NCBI GenBank assembly: GCA_051252135.1
Contig: JBPOGH010000003.1
Coordinates: forward strand, 32,001 to 96,000
Direction: 5' to 3'
DNA length: 64,000 nucleotides
Origin: Verrucomicrobiaceae bacterium
Lineage (GTDB): Bacteria > Verrucomicrobiota > Verrucomicrobiia > Verrucomicrobiales > Akkermansiaceae
Part shown: positions 38,978-50,313 of the stretch, piece by piece
Layout of the letters: each line of letters opens with the position of its first letter
Position numbering within the stretch: the stretch's first letter is position 1
Notes under the pieces: generated by a model
Told to the model about the DNA's origin: nothing
What the model saw: the letters and a program-made list of their open reading frames with translations, nothing else
Database searches by the model: none
Position numbers and translations under genes: made by a program

Positions 38978-40516
38978 GTGAGTTCAGATTCCCAAAAGCC
39001 GGCCATCGTGCCCAAGCAATACCTCCTCGCTTTCATCCTCACCACCTGCTGCTTCTCCCTCTGGGGCTTCGCAAACGACTTCACCAACCCCCTGGTGAAG
39101 GTCTATGAAAACGTCTTCATCATCACCACAAGCCAAGCGACCTGGCTCCAGTTCGCCTTCTACACCGGCTACTTCTGCATGGCCCTTCCCGCCGCCTTCT
39201 TTATCAGAAAATTCTCCTACAAGGCCGCCATCATGGTCGGATTCGGCTTCTACGCCCTCGGCGCACTTCTCGCCATCCCGGCATCAATCACCGCCACCTT
39301 CTGGATCTTCGTCATCGGCTCCTACATCCTCACCTACGGACTCGCCTTCCTCGAAACCGCCTGCAACCCCTACATCCTCTCCATGGGGCCTCGCGAAACC
39401 GCCACCCAGCGACTCAACCTCGCCCAAGCCTTCAACCCCATCGGCTCCCTGATCGGCATGACCATCGCCAGCCAGGTCCTCGCACCCAGCCTCCTCATCA
39501 CTCAACTCCGCGACGATATCGACGCCGGAAAACCCGAGGTCACCAGCTACCTCTACACCGATGCCGCCGCACTCCCTGAAGGAGCCGTCATCAAGGAAAT
39601 TGAAGACAAAAAAGTGGTCGTTCTCGCAGACGAGCGGAAGACCGAAGTCCCCTTCTACGAGGATGGCCTTCCCGACTACGCCACTGAAATCGGAGCCCTC
39701 GACGGCGCCACCACCGCCGCCTTGAAATCCATGCGCGCCACCGACCCCTCGGCCTTCGACGCCCTCCAACAAGGAGACCTCGGCAATGTCCGCAAGCCCT
39801 ACATCGTCATTGCCGGAGTCGTCATCGCCTTCCTCGTCATCTTCTCCGTCGCAAAAATGCCCTCCTTCGACAAAAAGGAAAAAGACGCCCCGTTCGGAGA
39901 AATTTGCGGACGCATCTTCTCACGCGCCCATTTCCGCGAAGGAGTCCTCGCCCAACTCTTCTACGTTGGCGCACAAATCATGTGCTGGACCTTCATCGTC
40001 CACTACGGAATGGAACAGGTCGGGCTCACCCTCGGACAAGCCCAAACCTGGAACATCGTCGCCATGATCATCTTCCTCTCCAGCCGTTGGATCTGCACCT
40101 TCCTCCTGCGCATCGTCAGCCCCGGCAAACTCCTTTGCCTCTTCGCCCTCGGTGGCATCGTCTTCACCATCGGCGCAATCTACCTCCGTGGCGAAATTTC
40201 CACCATCAACCTCTTCGGTAAGGAACTCGCCTACAACCACGGCCTCCTCAGCCTGGTCATGATTTCGGCCTGCATGTCCCTCATGTTCCCCACCATCTAC
40301 GGCATCGCCCTTCAGAATATGGAGGAAGAAGAAGCCAAGCTCGGCTCCGCCTTCCTCATCATGTCCATCGTCGGTGGTGCCGTCCTGACCCAGGCCCAGG
40401 GATTCGTCATCGATGCCTCCGGCGTCCGGCTCTCCTTCTGGCTCCCCGTATTCTGCTTCGTCTACGTCGCCTTCTACGGATTCCGCACCTTCTCCAAATT
40501 CGAGAAAGAAGCCTAA
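38978..40516 (+). CDS. fucP: L-fucose:H+ symporter family MFS permease
   Basis: FSLWGFAND, QFAFY.GYF.MALPA, FLETACNPY, RLNLAQAFNPIG, AQLFYVGAQI, MSLMFPTIYGIAL. Confidence 0.88.
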   Translation: MSSDSQKPAIVPKQYLLAFILTTCCFSLWGFANDFTNPLVKVYENVFIITTSQATWLQFAFYTGYFCMALPAAFFIRKFSYKAAIMVGFGFYALGALLAIPASITATFWIFVIGSYILTYGLAFLETACNPYILSMGPRETATQRLNLAQAFNPIGSLIGMTIASQVLAPSLLITQLRDDIDAGKPEVTSYLYTDAAALPEGAVIKEIEDKKVVVLADERKTEVPFYEDGLPDYATEIGALDGATTAALKSMRATDPSAFDALQQGDLGNVRKPYIVIAGVVIAFLVIFSVAKMPSFDKKEKDAPFGEICGRIFSRAHFREGVLAQLFYVGAQIMCWTFIVHYGMEQVGLTLGQAQTWNIVAMIIFLSSRWICTFLLRIVSPGKLLCLFALGGIVFTIGAIYLRGEISTINLFGKELAYNHGLLSLVMISACMSLMFPTIYGIALQNMEEEEAKLGSAFLIMSIVGGAVLTQAQGFVIDASGVRLSFWLPVFCFVYVAFYGFRTFSKFEKEA

Positions 40517-40534
40517 GCATCACAACCCCTTCCT

Positions 40535-40561
40535 AAGCCCGGCCCATTCGAGGCCGGGCTT
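40535..40561 (+). terminator. Intergenic hairpin (weak terminator or mRNA stabiliser)
   Basis: AAGCCCGGCC-CATTCGA-GGCCGGGCTT. Confidence 0.5.
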
Positions 40562-40589
40562 CTTCATCTCCACATTGCCAAACCAGCTC

Positions 40590-42191
40590 ATGAAAAACTC
40601 ACTCTCCATCCTCGCCCTCACCGCCGCCTCCCTCTTCGCGGACTCCAAATTCCCCGCTCCCGTCCCCGCCGAAAAGCACGCCGCTCTCGTCAAATCAAAG
40701 CTCGAGGAAGTCGAAAAAGTCGTCGCCGCAGGCCCCTTCAAACCCACCACCGAATCCCTCACCAAAATCGGCATCCCCGAGTGGTACGCCGATGCCAAGC
40801 TCGGCATCTTCATCCACTGGGGAGGCTACTGCGTCCCCGCCTTCGGCTCCGAGTGGTACCCCCGCAAAATGTATGATCCCTCCACCAAAGAGCACAAACA
40901 CCACCTCGAAACCTACGGCCCCCTCGATAAGTTCGGCTACAAGGACTTCCTCCCCGAGCTGAAAGCCGAAAAATTCGACGCCAAAGCCTGGGCCAAGCTC
41001 TTCAAGGACGCCGGCGCCAAATACGTCATGCCCGTCGCCGAGCACCACGATGGCTTCTCCCTCTACGAAAACCCCTTCACCCGCTGGGACTCCACCGAAG
41101 TCGGACCCATGCGCGACGTCATCGCCGAGCTCAAGACCGCCCTCAAGGAAGAAGACCTCAAGTTCTGCGTCTCCTCACACCGCGCCTTCAACTGGGCCTT
41201 CTTCTTCCGCATGGAAGGAGCGGATAACACCAACCCGGAGTTCTTCGACCTCTACTCCGCCGACCAACCCTACCTCTACCCCAACCCCGAGGAAAACGTC
41301 TTCTCCGGACAAGGCGAACACCGCCATACCTGGGTCTCCTCCCAGGCCTTCCGCGATGACTGGCTCGCCCGCACTGCCGACCTCGTCGACCGCTACGAGC
41401 CCGATGTCATCTGGTTCGACTTCGGCATCGGCCGCGATAAAAACGGCTCCACCGAATCCAACGACCACTACGCCCTCAACCAAAAATTCGCCGCCTACTT
41501 CTACAACAAGGCCGCCGCCCGCGGTGCCGAAAAAGAAGTCGCCATCAACTACAAGTGGAACGCCTATCAGGACGGTGAAGCCATGCTCGATATCGAGCGC
41601 GGCAAGCTCGCCGGCATCCGCCCCCAAGTCTGGCAGACCGACACCTCCGTCTCCTACAACTCCTGGGGCTACGTCACCAACCACAAATACAAGCCCGTCA
41701 ACGTCATCGTCGATGACCTCATCGACATCGTCTCCAAAAACGGCGTCCTCCTCCTCAACATCGGACCCAAGGCCGATGGCACCATCCCCGAAAAGGAACA
41801 GGAAATCCTCCTCTCCCTCGGCAGCTGGCTCAAGGTCAATGGCGAAGGCATCTACGGCACCCGCCCCTGGAAAACCTTCGGCGAGGGCAAAACCACCAAC
41901 GCCGAAGGAGCCCACCAGGAGCACAAACAAAAAGGCTACGACAAAGAAGACATCCGCTTCACCACCGGTCACGGCAACCTCTACGCCTTCCTCATGGAAT
42001 GGCCCGGAGAAAAGACCACCATCAAGTCGCTTAAAAAAGGCAATGCCCACGAACAACGCGCCATCAAAAGCGTCTCCCTCCTCGGTGGCGGAAAAGTCAA
42101 CTTCTCCCAAACCGACGCAGGTCTCGAGCTCACCCTCCCCGCAAAGGCTCCTCAGGATTTCGCCAACGGACTCAAAATCGAATTCCAGTAG
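40590..42191 (+). CDS. Alpha-L-fucosidase (GH29), secreted
   Basis: DAKLGIFIHWG, EWY, AGAKYVMPVAEHHDGF, VIWFD (nucleophile), DIVSKNGVLLLNIGPKADG. Confidence 0.95.
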   Translation: MKNSLSILALTAASLFADSKFPAPVPAEKHAALVKSKLEEVEKVVAAGPFKPTTESLTKIGIPEWYADAKLGIFIHWGGYCVPAFGSEWYPRKMYDPSTKEHKHHLETYGPLDKFGYKDFLPELKAEKFDAKAWAKLFKDAGAKYVMPVAEHHDGFSLYENPFTRWDSTEVGPMRDVIAELKTALKEEDLKFCVSSHRAFNWAFFFRMEGADNTNPEFFDLYSADQPYLYPNPEENVFSGQGEHRHTWVSSQAFRDDWLARTADLVDRYEPDVIWFDFGIGRDKNGSTESNDHYALNQKFAAYFYNKAAARGAEKEVAINYKWNAYQDGEAMLDIERGKLAGIRPQVWQTDTSVSYNSWGYVTNHKYKPVNVIVDDLIDIVSKNGVLLLNIGPKADGTIPEKEQEILLSLGSWLKVNGEGIYGTRPWKTFGEGKTTNAEGAHQEHKQKGYDKEDIRFTTGHGNLYAFLMEWPGEKTTIKSLKKGNAHEQRAIKSVSLLGGGKVNFSQTDAGLELTLPAKAPQDFANGLKIEFQ

Positions 42192-42245
42192 ATCGTCTTT
42201 TCCCTTCACAGGTCCCGTCCGGATCGCCAAGCTCCCCTCAATCTT

Positions 42246-43016
42246 ATGAGACTCTCTCTACCTAACACACGTCGTCGCGGTTTCACCCTCGTGGAACTCC
42301 TCGTCTCCATCGGCATCATCATGGTCCTCGCCGGCCTCATCTTCATCGGCACCAAGCGTGCCATCTCGGGGGCCAACGCCGCCAAGACCAGCTCCCGCAT
42401 GAAGGACCTCTACACCAGCCTCGTCCTCCTCCGTGATGAAGGCGTAGACACCGGAAACCACAACGCCGGGAGCTACCCTCCACACTCCGGTGTCCTCGAT
42501 GACGGCCAGGGCACACCCTTCGTCTGGTGGGACCTCGTCGCCGAAAAACTCAACATCGCCGACCGCGAAGGCGGCCGTTTCGAATGGAAAGAGCCCTACT
42601 CCGAAACCCTCTTCCAAAACCCCCTCTCCAGAAAGAAACTCGGCGGCGATCGTAAGGAATACAACTCCCTTCACAATTCCACCACCGACAGCCGTGGCTC
42701 CTTTGCCTACAACGGAATGCTCGGTGGAGAAGCCGATCCCGGCGCCGATGAGGAACGCGCTTTCGTCGTCCGTGGCTCACGCCTCCAGGATGCCTCAAAT
42801 ACCATCTTCTTCGCCGAGTCCGATGATAACGACAAAGGCCCCGGCTGGGAGTTCTCCGAGCTCAATTCCGCCCCTCAGGGCAACTACAAGGAGTCCGCTC
42901 ATTGCTGCTTCGTCGATGGCAGCGTCCAACTGATCCGTAACGCGGTCCTCAAAAAAGCCTCCGCTTTCGATTTTTACACTGCGGTTGAAGATAAAAACTA
43001 CAATAACCAGCCGTAA
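42246..43016 (+). CDS. Prepilin-type N-methylation domain protein (H-X9-DG-like C-terminus)
   Basis: RRGFTLVELLVSIGII cleavage motif; C-terminal CFVDGSV. Confidence 0.9.
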   Translation: MRLSLPNTRRRGFTLVELLVSIGIIMVLAGLIFIGTKRAISGANAAKTSSRMKDLYTSLVLLRDEGVDTGNHNAGSYPPHSGVLDDGQGTPFVWWDLVAEKLNIADREGGRFEWKEPYSETLFQNPLSRKKLGGDRKEYNSLHNSTTDSRGSFAYNGMLGGEADPGADEERAFVVRGSRLQDASNTIFFAESDDNDKGPGWEFSELNSAPQGNYKESAHCCFVDGSVQLIRNAVLKKASAFDFYTAVEDKNYNNQP

Positions 43017-43050
43017 CGCTAGAAGCGGTTGTATTACAACTATTCCCTTG

Positions 43051-43078
43051 AAGCGGCCGCAAGGCCGCTTTATTTTTT
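43051..43078 (+). terminator. Intrinsic terminator
   Basis: AAGCGGCC-GCAA-GGCCGCTT followed by TATTTTTT. Confidence 0.7.
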
Positions 43079-43091
43079 GCCCATAACCCTC

Positions 43092-45896
43092 ATGCGTCTC
43101 GCAACCCTCTTCCTCCTCCCCCTGATCGCTTCTGCCGAAGTCAGCTTCAATCAGCACATCAGACCCATTCTCTCCAAGAATTGCATCGCCTGCCACGGAC
43201 CGGATACCGAAGACCGCAAAGGAGACTTCCACCTCGACACCTTCGAGGGCCTCACCAAAAAGAATGACGATGGAAAAGCCGGAGCCATCCCCGGTGATCC
43301 CGACGCCAGCCTCATCATCCAACGCGTCGTCACCACCGATCCCGACGACCAAATGCCTCCGCCCGACCACGGCTCCCCCCTTTCCGGGGGGGAAATCGAT
43401 CTTCTCAAACAATGGATCAAGGAAGGAGCCGACTACGAACGCCACTGGTCCCTGAACAAACCCAAATCAGTCACCCCGCCCGCCAGCACCCACCCGTCGC
43501 CTAAAAACGACATCGACCACTTCGTCGCCACCCAACTCGCCAAGCTCGACCTTGAGCCCGCCCCCACCGCCGATCCACGCATCCTCCTTCGCCGCCTCTC
43601 CCTCGACCTCACCGGCCTCCCGCCCACCATCGAAGAAGTCGAAGCCTTCGCCGCCGACCCCTCCGAGGCCAACTACCTCTCCGCCGTCGATCGCTACCTC
43701 GCCTCACCTTCATACGGCGAACACTGGGCCGCCCTCTGGCTCGATATCGCCCGCTACGCCGACACCGTAGGATACTCCGGCGACGAACACCGCGACATCT
43801 GGCCGTGGCGCGACTGGGTCATCGATGCCTTCAACACCAACATGCCCTACGACCGGTTCACCATCGAACAACTCGCAGGCGACCTCCTCCCCAACGCCAC
43901 CCAACAACAAATCCTCGCCACCGCCTTCCACCGCAACACCCTCTCCAACAACGAGGGCGGCACCAGCGACGAGGAATTCCGCACCATCGCCGTCAAAGAC
44001 CGCATCTCCACCACCGTCAACGCCTGGATGGGCCTCACCATCCGCTGCGCCGAGTGCCACACCCACAAATACGATCCCATCTCCCAAAAGGAATACTACC
44101 AGTTCTACGACTTCTTCAACCAAACCGAGGACAACGACCAAAAGGACGACCGTCCCCGCATCGACGTCCTTCCAAAAGGCCGCGAAGTCGAAGCCGCCGC
44201 CTCCAAAGCCAAGCTCACCAAGCTCAAAAAAGATCGCGAAAGCAACCCCTCCCCCTGGACCCCCGTCCAACCTCTCACCGCCATCTCCGAGGGCGGTGCC
44301 ACCGTCGAACCCCAGCCCGACGGAACCTACCTCTTCACCGGTAAAAACCCGGAATACGACACCTACCTCCTCAGCGGAACCACCACCGCCGACACCACCG
44401 GCTTCCGCCTCGACCTCTACCCCAGCCGCGTCCACAACGACAACTTCGGCCGCGGACCCGAAGGCGCCATGGTCCTCAACCACCTCGTCATCACCGTCGA
44501 TGGCGCCGTCCAGAAAATCACCAAAGCCTCCGCCAGCTACGGTCAACCAAACCACCACATCAAAAACGTCATCGGCGACCAACCACACAAAAACGGCTGG
44601 GCCGCCAACCACCCCAGCGATGGCTACAAAGGACGCCGCCACGCCATCTTCACCCTCGCCACCCCCATCCCCGCCGGAAAACCCTTCTCCATCAAACTCG
44701 TCCACCAATCACAGTGGCCCCGCCTCAACATCGGCCGCCTCAGCCTCTCCACCACCACCACGCCCGACCCCGCCGGCCTCCACGACCAGAAAAAACTCGA
44801 CCCCCTCGGCCGCCAAATCGCCGCCCTCGAAAAAAACCTCCTCAACCCCATCCGCGTCCCCATCCTTCAAGAGCGCAAAGACCGCCGCACCACCCGCATC
44901 ATGTCCCGCGGCTCCTACCTGCAGCCCACCGATGAGGTCACCGCAGCCGTCCCCGAGGCCTTCAACTTCTGGCCCGAAGGCGCTCCCAATAACCGCCTCG
45001 GCGTCGCCCAATGGATCATGTCCCCCGACAACCCCCTCACCGCCCGCGTCGCCGCCAACCGGCTCTGGGCCCGCCTCTTCGGCATGGGCATCGTCGAAAC
45101 TGAAGAAGACTTCGGCATCCAGGGCATCCTCCCCTCACACCCCGACCTCCTCGACTGGCTCGCCCTCGAATATCAGAATAATTGGGACACCAAGGCCCTC
45201 CTCAAACTCATCGTCTCCTCCCACACCTACCGCCAATCCGCCGTCACCGACTCGCTCCGCCTCGAGAAAGACCCCCGCAACGTCTACCTCTCCCGCGGCC
45301 CCCGCTTCCGCCTCTCTGCCGAGGCCGTCCGCGACAGCGCCCTCGCCGTCTCCGGCCTCCTCTCCACCCGCCAATACGGCCCCCCCGTCTACCCGCCCAA
45401 CCCCATCAAAAAATACGTCAACGCCTTCACCGGCGGCATGACCTGGGTGGAATCAAAAGGCGACGACCGTCACCGCCGCGCCCTCTACACCTACCTCAAG
45501 CGCTCCAGCCCTCACCCCCTCTTCGAGACCTTCGACATGGCCACCCGCGACGTCTGCAACATGCGCCGCATCCGCACCAACACCCCCCTCCAGTCCTTCA
45601 TGACCTTGAATGACATCGCCTTCATCGAAGCCGCCCAATCCCTCGCCGGCCTCATGACCGCCCACAGCCCCAACCCCGAAGAACAAATCGCCCACGGCCT
45701 CCACCGCGCCCTCCTTCGCCCCGGCTCCCCCGAACAAATCAACACCCTCCTCTCCCTCTATCGGGACACCCTCTCCGATTACCAGGACGACCCCGAGGCC
45801 GCCAAAAAACTCTCCGGCCAACCCTCCCCGGAGCACGCCGCCCTCACCGTCGTCGCCAACATCATCCTCAACCTCGACGCCTTCCTCACCAAATAA
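43092..45896 (+). CDS. Planctomycete-type cytochrome c protein (PSCyt1/DUF1549/DUF1553)
   Basis: FNQHIRPILSKNCIACHGPD, RRLSLDLTGLPP, WLDIARYADT, CAECHTHKYDP, PSHPDLLDWLA, TNTPLQ. Confidence 0.95.
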   Translation: MRLATLFLLPLIASAEVSFNQHIRPILSKNCIACHGPDTEDRKGDFHLDTFEGLTKKNDDGKAGAIPGDPDASLIIQRVVTTDPDDQMPPPDHGSPLSGGEIDLLKQWIKEGADYERHWSLNKPKSVTPPASTHPSPKNDIDHFVATQLAKLDLEPAPTADPRILLRRLSLDLTGLPPTIEEVEAFAADPSEANYLSAVDRYLASPSYGEHWAALWLDIARYADTVGYSGDEHRDIWPWRDWVIDAFNTNMPYDRFTIEQLAGDLLPNATQQQILATAFHRNTLSNNEGGTSDEEFRTIAVKDRISTTVNAWMGLTIRCAECHTHKYDPISQKEYYQFYDFFNQTEDNDQKDDRPRIDVLPKGREVEAAASKAKLTKLKKDRESNPSPWTPVQPLTAISEGGATVEPQPDGTYLFTGKNPEYDTYLLSGTTTADTTGFRLDLYPSRVHNDNFGRGPEGAMVLNHLVITVDGAVQKITKASASYGQPNHHIKNVIGDQPHKNGWAANHPSDGYKGRRHAIFTLATPIPAGKPFSIKLVHQSQWPRLNIGRLSLSTTTTPDPAGLHDQKKLDPLGRQIAALEKNLLNPIRVPILQERKDRRTTRIMSRGSYLQPTDEVTAAVPEAFNFWPEGAPNNRLGVAQWIMSPDNPLTARVAANRLWARLFGMGIVETEEDFGIQGILPSHPDLLDWLALEYQNNWDTKALLKLIVSSHTYRQSAVTDSLRLEKDPRNVYLSRGPRFRLSAEAVRDSALAVSGLLSTRQYGPPVYPPNPIKKYVNAFTGGMTWVESKGDDRHRRALYTYLKRSSPHPLFETFDMATRDVCNMRRIRTNTPLQSFMTLNDIAFIEAAQSLAGLMTAHSPNPEEQIAHGLHRALLRPGSPEQINTLLSLYRDTLSDYQDDPEAAKKLSGQPSPEHAALTVVANIILNLDAFLTK

Positions 45897-45903
45897 CCCC
45901 GCC

Positions 45904-47349
45904 ATGAACTCCGCTCAAGCCAGCTACCTCACCAGGCGCCACTTCCTCACCAAGTGCAACTCCGGCCTCGGCGCCCTCGCCCTTGCCCAACTCTCACAAG
46001 GAGCAACCGGCGGAAAGATCGACCTCAGCGGCGGCCCCACCGTGCCCCGCCCCTCCATGATTCCCGCCAAAGCCAAGCGGATCATCTACCTCCACATGGC
46101 CGGCTCCCCGCCCCAACAGGAACTCTGGGACTACAAACCCGAGCTCATCAAAAACCACCTCAAGGACTGCCCCGCCGAACTCCTCGAGGGCAAAACCTTC
46201 GCCTTCATCAAAGGCACCCCCAAACTCCTCGGCAGCATCTACGATTTCAAACAACACGGACAAACCGGTGCCTGGATCTCCGAAATGATGCCCCACCTCG
46301 CCGGCATGGCCGATGACATCTGCTTCATCAAGTCGATGCACACCGACCAGTTCAACCACGCCCCCGCCCAACTTCTCCTCCACACCGGAAACTCCCAGTT
46401 CGGCGGCGCATCCATCGGCGCCTGGACCGCCTACGGACTCGGCACCCCCAATCAGGACCTCCCCAGCTACATGGTCATGGTCTCCGGCGGCAAAATGCCC
46501 TCCGCCGGTAAAGCCCTCTGGGGATCCGGCTTCCTCCCCTCCGTCTATCAGGGCGTCCAGTGCCGCCCCAAAGGAGACCCCATCCTCTACGTCTCCAACC
46601 CGGAGGGCATGTCCCGCGCCACCCGCCGCAAATCACTCGACGCCCTCCAAAAACTCAACCGCCTCGAGCTCGACACCTTCCAGGACCCCGAAACCCTCAC
46701 CCGCATCGAGCAATACGAGCTCGCCTTCCGCATGCAAACCGCCGTCCCCGGCGTCATGGACATCGCCAAGGAAGATCCCAAAACCCTCGAAGCCTACGGC
46801 GCCACGCCCGGCGAAGCCTCCTTCGCCAACAACTGCCTCCTCGCACGCCGCCTCGCCGAACAAGGCACCCGCTTCATCCAACTCTTCGACTGGGGCTGGG
46901 ACATCCACGGCACCGCAAAGTACGACGACCTTCAGACCCAATTCCCGATGAAATGCCGCGAGTCCGACCGACCCATCGCCGCCCTCCTCAACGACCTCAA
47001 ACAACGCGGCATGCTCGATGACACCCTCGTCATCTGGGGCGGCGAATTCGGACGCACCCCCATGAACGAAGCCCGCAACGGCTCCACCCTCCTTGGCCGC
47101 GATCACCACCCCGACTGCTTCACCATGTGGATGGCCGGTGCCGGCGTAAAACCCGGAACCTACGGCCAGTCCGACCCCCTCGGCTACTCCCCCGCTGAAA
47201 ACCCCGTCCACGTCCACGATCTCCAGGCCACCATCATGCACCAACTCGGCATGGACCCCCACCACTTCTCCTTCCCCTTCCAGGGCCTCAACCAACGCCT
47301 CATCGGCCCCGCAAACCACCCCAAAATCATTCACGACATTTTGGGCTGA
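45904..47349 (+). CDS. DUF1501 domain protein (Tat signal)
   Basis: TRRHFL, KAKRIIYLHMAG.P, CLLARRL.E.G.RF.Q, DLKQRGMLDDTLVIWGGEFGRTP, GRDHH. Confidence 0.95.
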   Translation: MNSAQASYLTRRHFLTKCNSGLGALALAQLSQGATGGKIDLSGGPTVPRPSMIPAKAKRIIYLHMAGSPPQQELWDYKPELIKNHLKDCPAELLEGKTFAFIKGTPKLLGSIYDFKQHGQTGAWISEMMPHLAGMADDICFIKSMHTDQFNHAPAQLLLHTGNSQFGGASIGAWTAYGLGTPNQDLPSYMVMVSGGKMPSAGKALWGSGFLPSVYQGVQCRPKGDPILYVSNPEGMSRATRRKSLDALQKLNRLELDTFQDPETLTRIEQYELAFRMQTAVPGVMDIAKEDPKTLEAYGATPGEASFANNCLLARRLAEQGTRFIQLFDWGWDIHGTAKYDDLQTQFPMKCRESDRPIAALLNDLKQRGMLDDTLVIWGGEFGRTPMNEARNGSTLLGRDHHPDCFTMWMAGAGVKPGTYGQSDPLGYSPAENPVHVHDLQATIMHQLGMDPHHFSFPFQGLNQRLIGPANHPKIIHDILG

Positions 47350-47392
47350 TTGCGGAGTCGCCATCCCTCCGGCAAGCCTCTAGACTTGCCCG

Positions 47393-48304
47393 ATGAATCG
47401 CAGGCACCTCCTCAGCACCACCGCTCTCGCCAGCGCCAGCACTCTCTTCGGCAAGCCCGCCCCCGCTTCCAACCCCATCGGCGTCTCCACCTACAGCTAC
47501 TGGGGATTCCGCCGTAAGGAATATCGCGCCATCCCCAAGTGCATCGATCTCGCCGCCGAAGCCGGATTCGATGGCGTCGAAGTCCTCCAAATCCAAATGG
47601 AAGACTTCAGTCCCGCCACTCTTCAAAAGATCAAACGCCACGCCTTCCTCGCCGGCCTCGACCTCATGGGCTACTCCACCCACCAGGACTTCGTCGACCC
47701 CGACCAATACGTCCGCCGACGCAACGTCGAGCAAACCATCTGCTACATCGAACAAGCCTACGCCCTCGGTATCCCCACCCTCCGCATCAACACCGGACGC
47801 TGGAACACCACTCCCACCTTCGATGAACTCATGGCCAACCGGGGCATCGAACCTCCTCTCGAGGGCTACAATGACGAAGACGGCTACAAGTGGGTCATCG
47901 ACTCCCTCGCCCACCTCATCCCCGTCGCCGAAAAATGCGGCGTCGTCCTCGGCCTCGAAAACCACTGGGGACTTGGCCTCACTGCCGAAGGCGTCCAACG
48001 CATCGTCAAAGCCATCGACTCCCCTTGGCTCCAGGTCACCCTCGACACCGGAAACTTCCTCGAAGACCCCTACCCCAAACTCGAGCAACTCGCCCCTCAA
48101 ACCGTCCTCCTCCAGGCCAAGACCTATCACGGCGGCGGCCGCTGGTACACCCTCGATCTCGACTACGCCAAGATCGCTACCATCATGAAAAAAGCCCACT
48201 ACCGTGGCTACGTCTCCCTCGAATTTGAAGGAAAAGAAGACCCTCTCACCGCCGTCCCAAAGAGCCTCAAAATGCTCCGCCAACACTTCGGAAAGCAGGC
48301 ATAA
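47393..48304 (+). CDS. Tat-exported sugar phosphate isomerase/epimerase (TIM barrel)
   Basis: MNRRHLL, GFDGVE, LENHWG, LDTGNF, GYVSLEFEG. Confidence 0.9.
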   Translation: MNRRHLLSTTALASASTLFGKPAPASNPIGVSTYSYWGFRRKEYRAIPKCIDLAAEAGFDGVEVLQIQMEDFSPATLQKIKRHAFLAGLDLMGYSTHQDFVDPDQYVRRRNVEQTICYIEQAYALGIPTLRINTGRWNTTPTFDELMANRGIEPPLEGYNDEDGYKWVIDSLAHLIPVAEKCGVVLGLENHWGLGLTAEGVQRIVKAIDSPWLQVTLDTGNFLEDPYPKLEQLAPQTVLLQAKTYHGGGRWYTLDLDYAKIATIMKKAHYRGYVSLEFEGKEDPLTAVPKSLKMLRQHFGKQA

Positions 48305-48333
48305 AAAAACCCGGCCATCACAGACCGGGTTTT
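48303..48333 (-). terminator. Bidirectional terminator at the end of the atp operon
   Basis: AAAAAAACCCGG...CCGGGTTTT between convergent genes. Confidence 0.75.
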
Positions 48334-48357
48334 GAAAACATTTGTTGGAATCAGAGC

Positions 48358-48762
48358 TTACAATCCCTTGCGCTTCAGTCGAAGCATCGCCTCGGACTTC
48401 GCCAAAACCGCCTGCAGCGCAGCAAACTCATCGTGATCCACGTTCATCCCTGCCAAAGCTTCCTCGGCACGCTTCATCGCTGCCTCGACCTTCGCTTCGT
48501 CAATCGCATCCTCACCAATCGCAAGGTCAATCAAGACCGCAACCTTGTCACCCGTGACCTCAACAAAACCCTCACCAACGGCGAGTTCTTCGACCTTGCC
48601 ATCCTTGAGATAGCGCAGTGAGCCTGGCTGCAGTGGAGCTACGAGAGCCGCGTGCATGGACAAAATGCCCATCTCACCTTCGCTACCGGGAAGATAGACG
48701 TCATCGACGGAATCAGAAAAGATGGTCTTCTCCGGAGTGACGATGTCCAATTGGAATGACAT
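48358..48762 (-). CDS. atpC: ATP synthase F1 epsilon
   Basis: LDIVTPE, GEMGIL..HA, GFVEV; position in operon. Confidence 0.96.
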   Translation of the reverse strand: MSFQLDIVTPEKTIFSDSVDDVYLPGSEGEMGILSMHAALVAPLQPGSLRYLKDGKVEELAVGEGFVEVTGDKVAVLIDLAIGEDAIDEAKVEAAMKRAEEALAGMNVDHDEFAALQAVLAKSEAMLRLKRKGL

Positions 48763-48789
48763 GGGATTTAGTGGGCTTGGGTGAAGGAA

Positions 48790-50292
<1,503 letters not shown>

Positions 50293-50313
50293 TTAGCGAT
50301 GAAGCTGTAGAAG

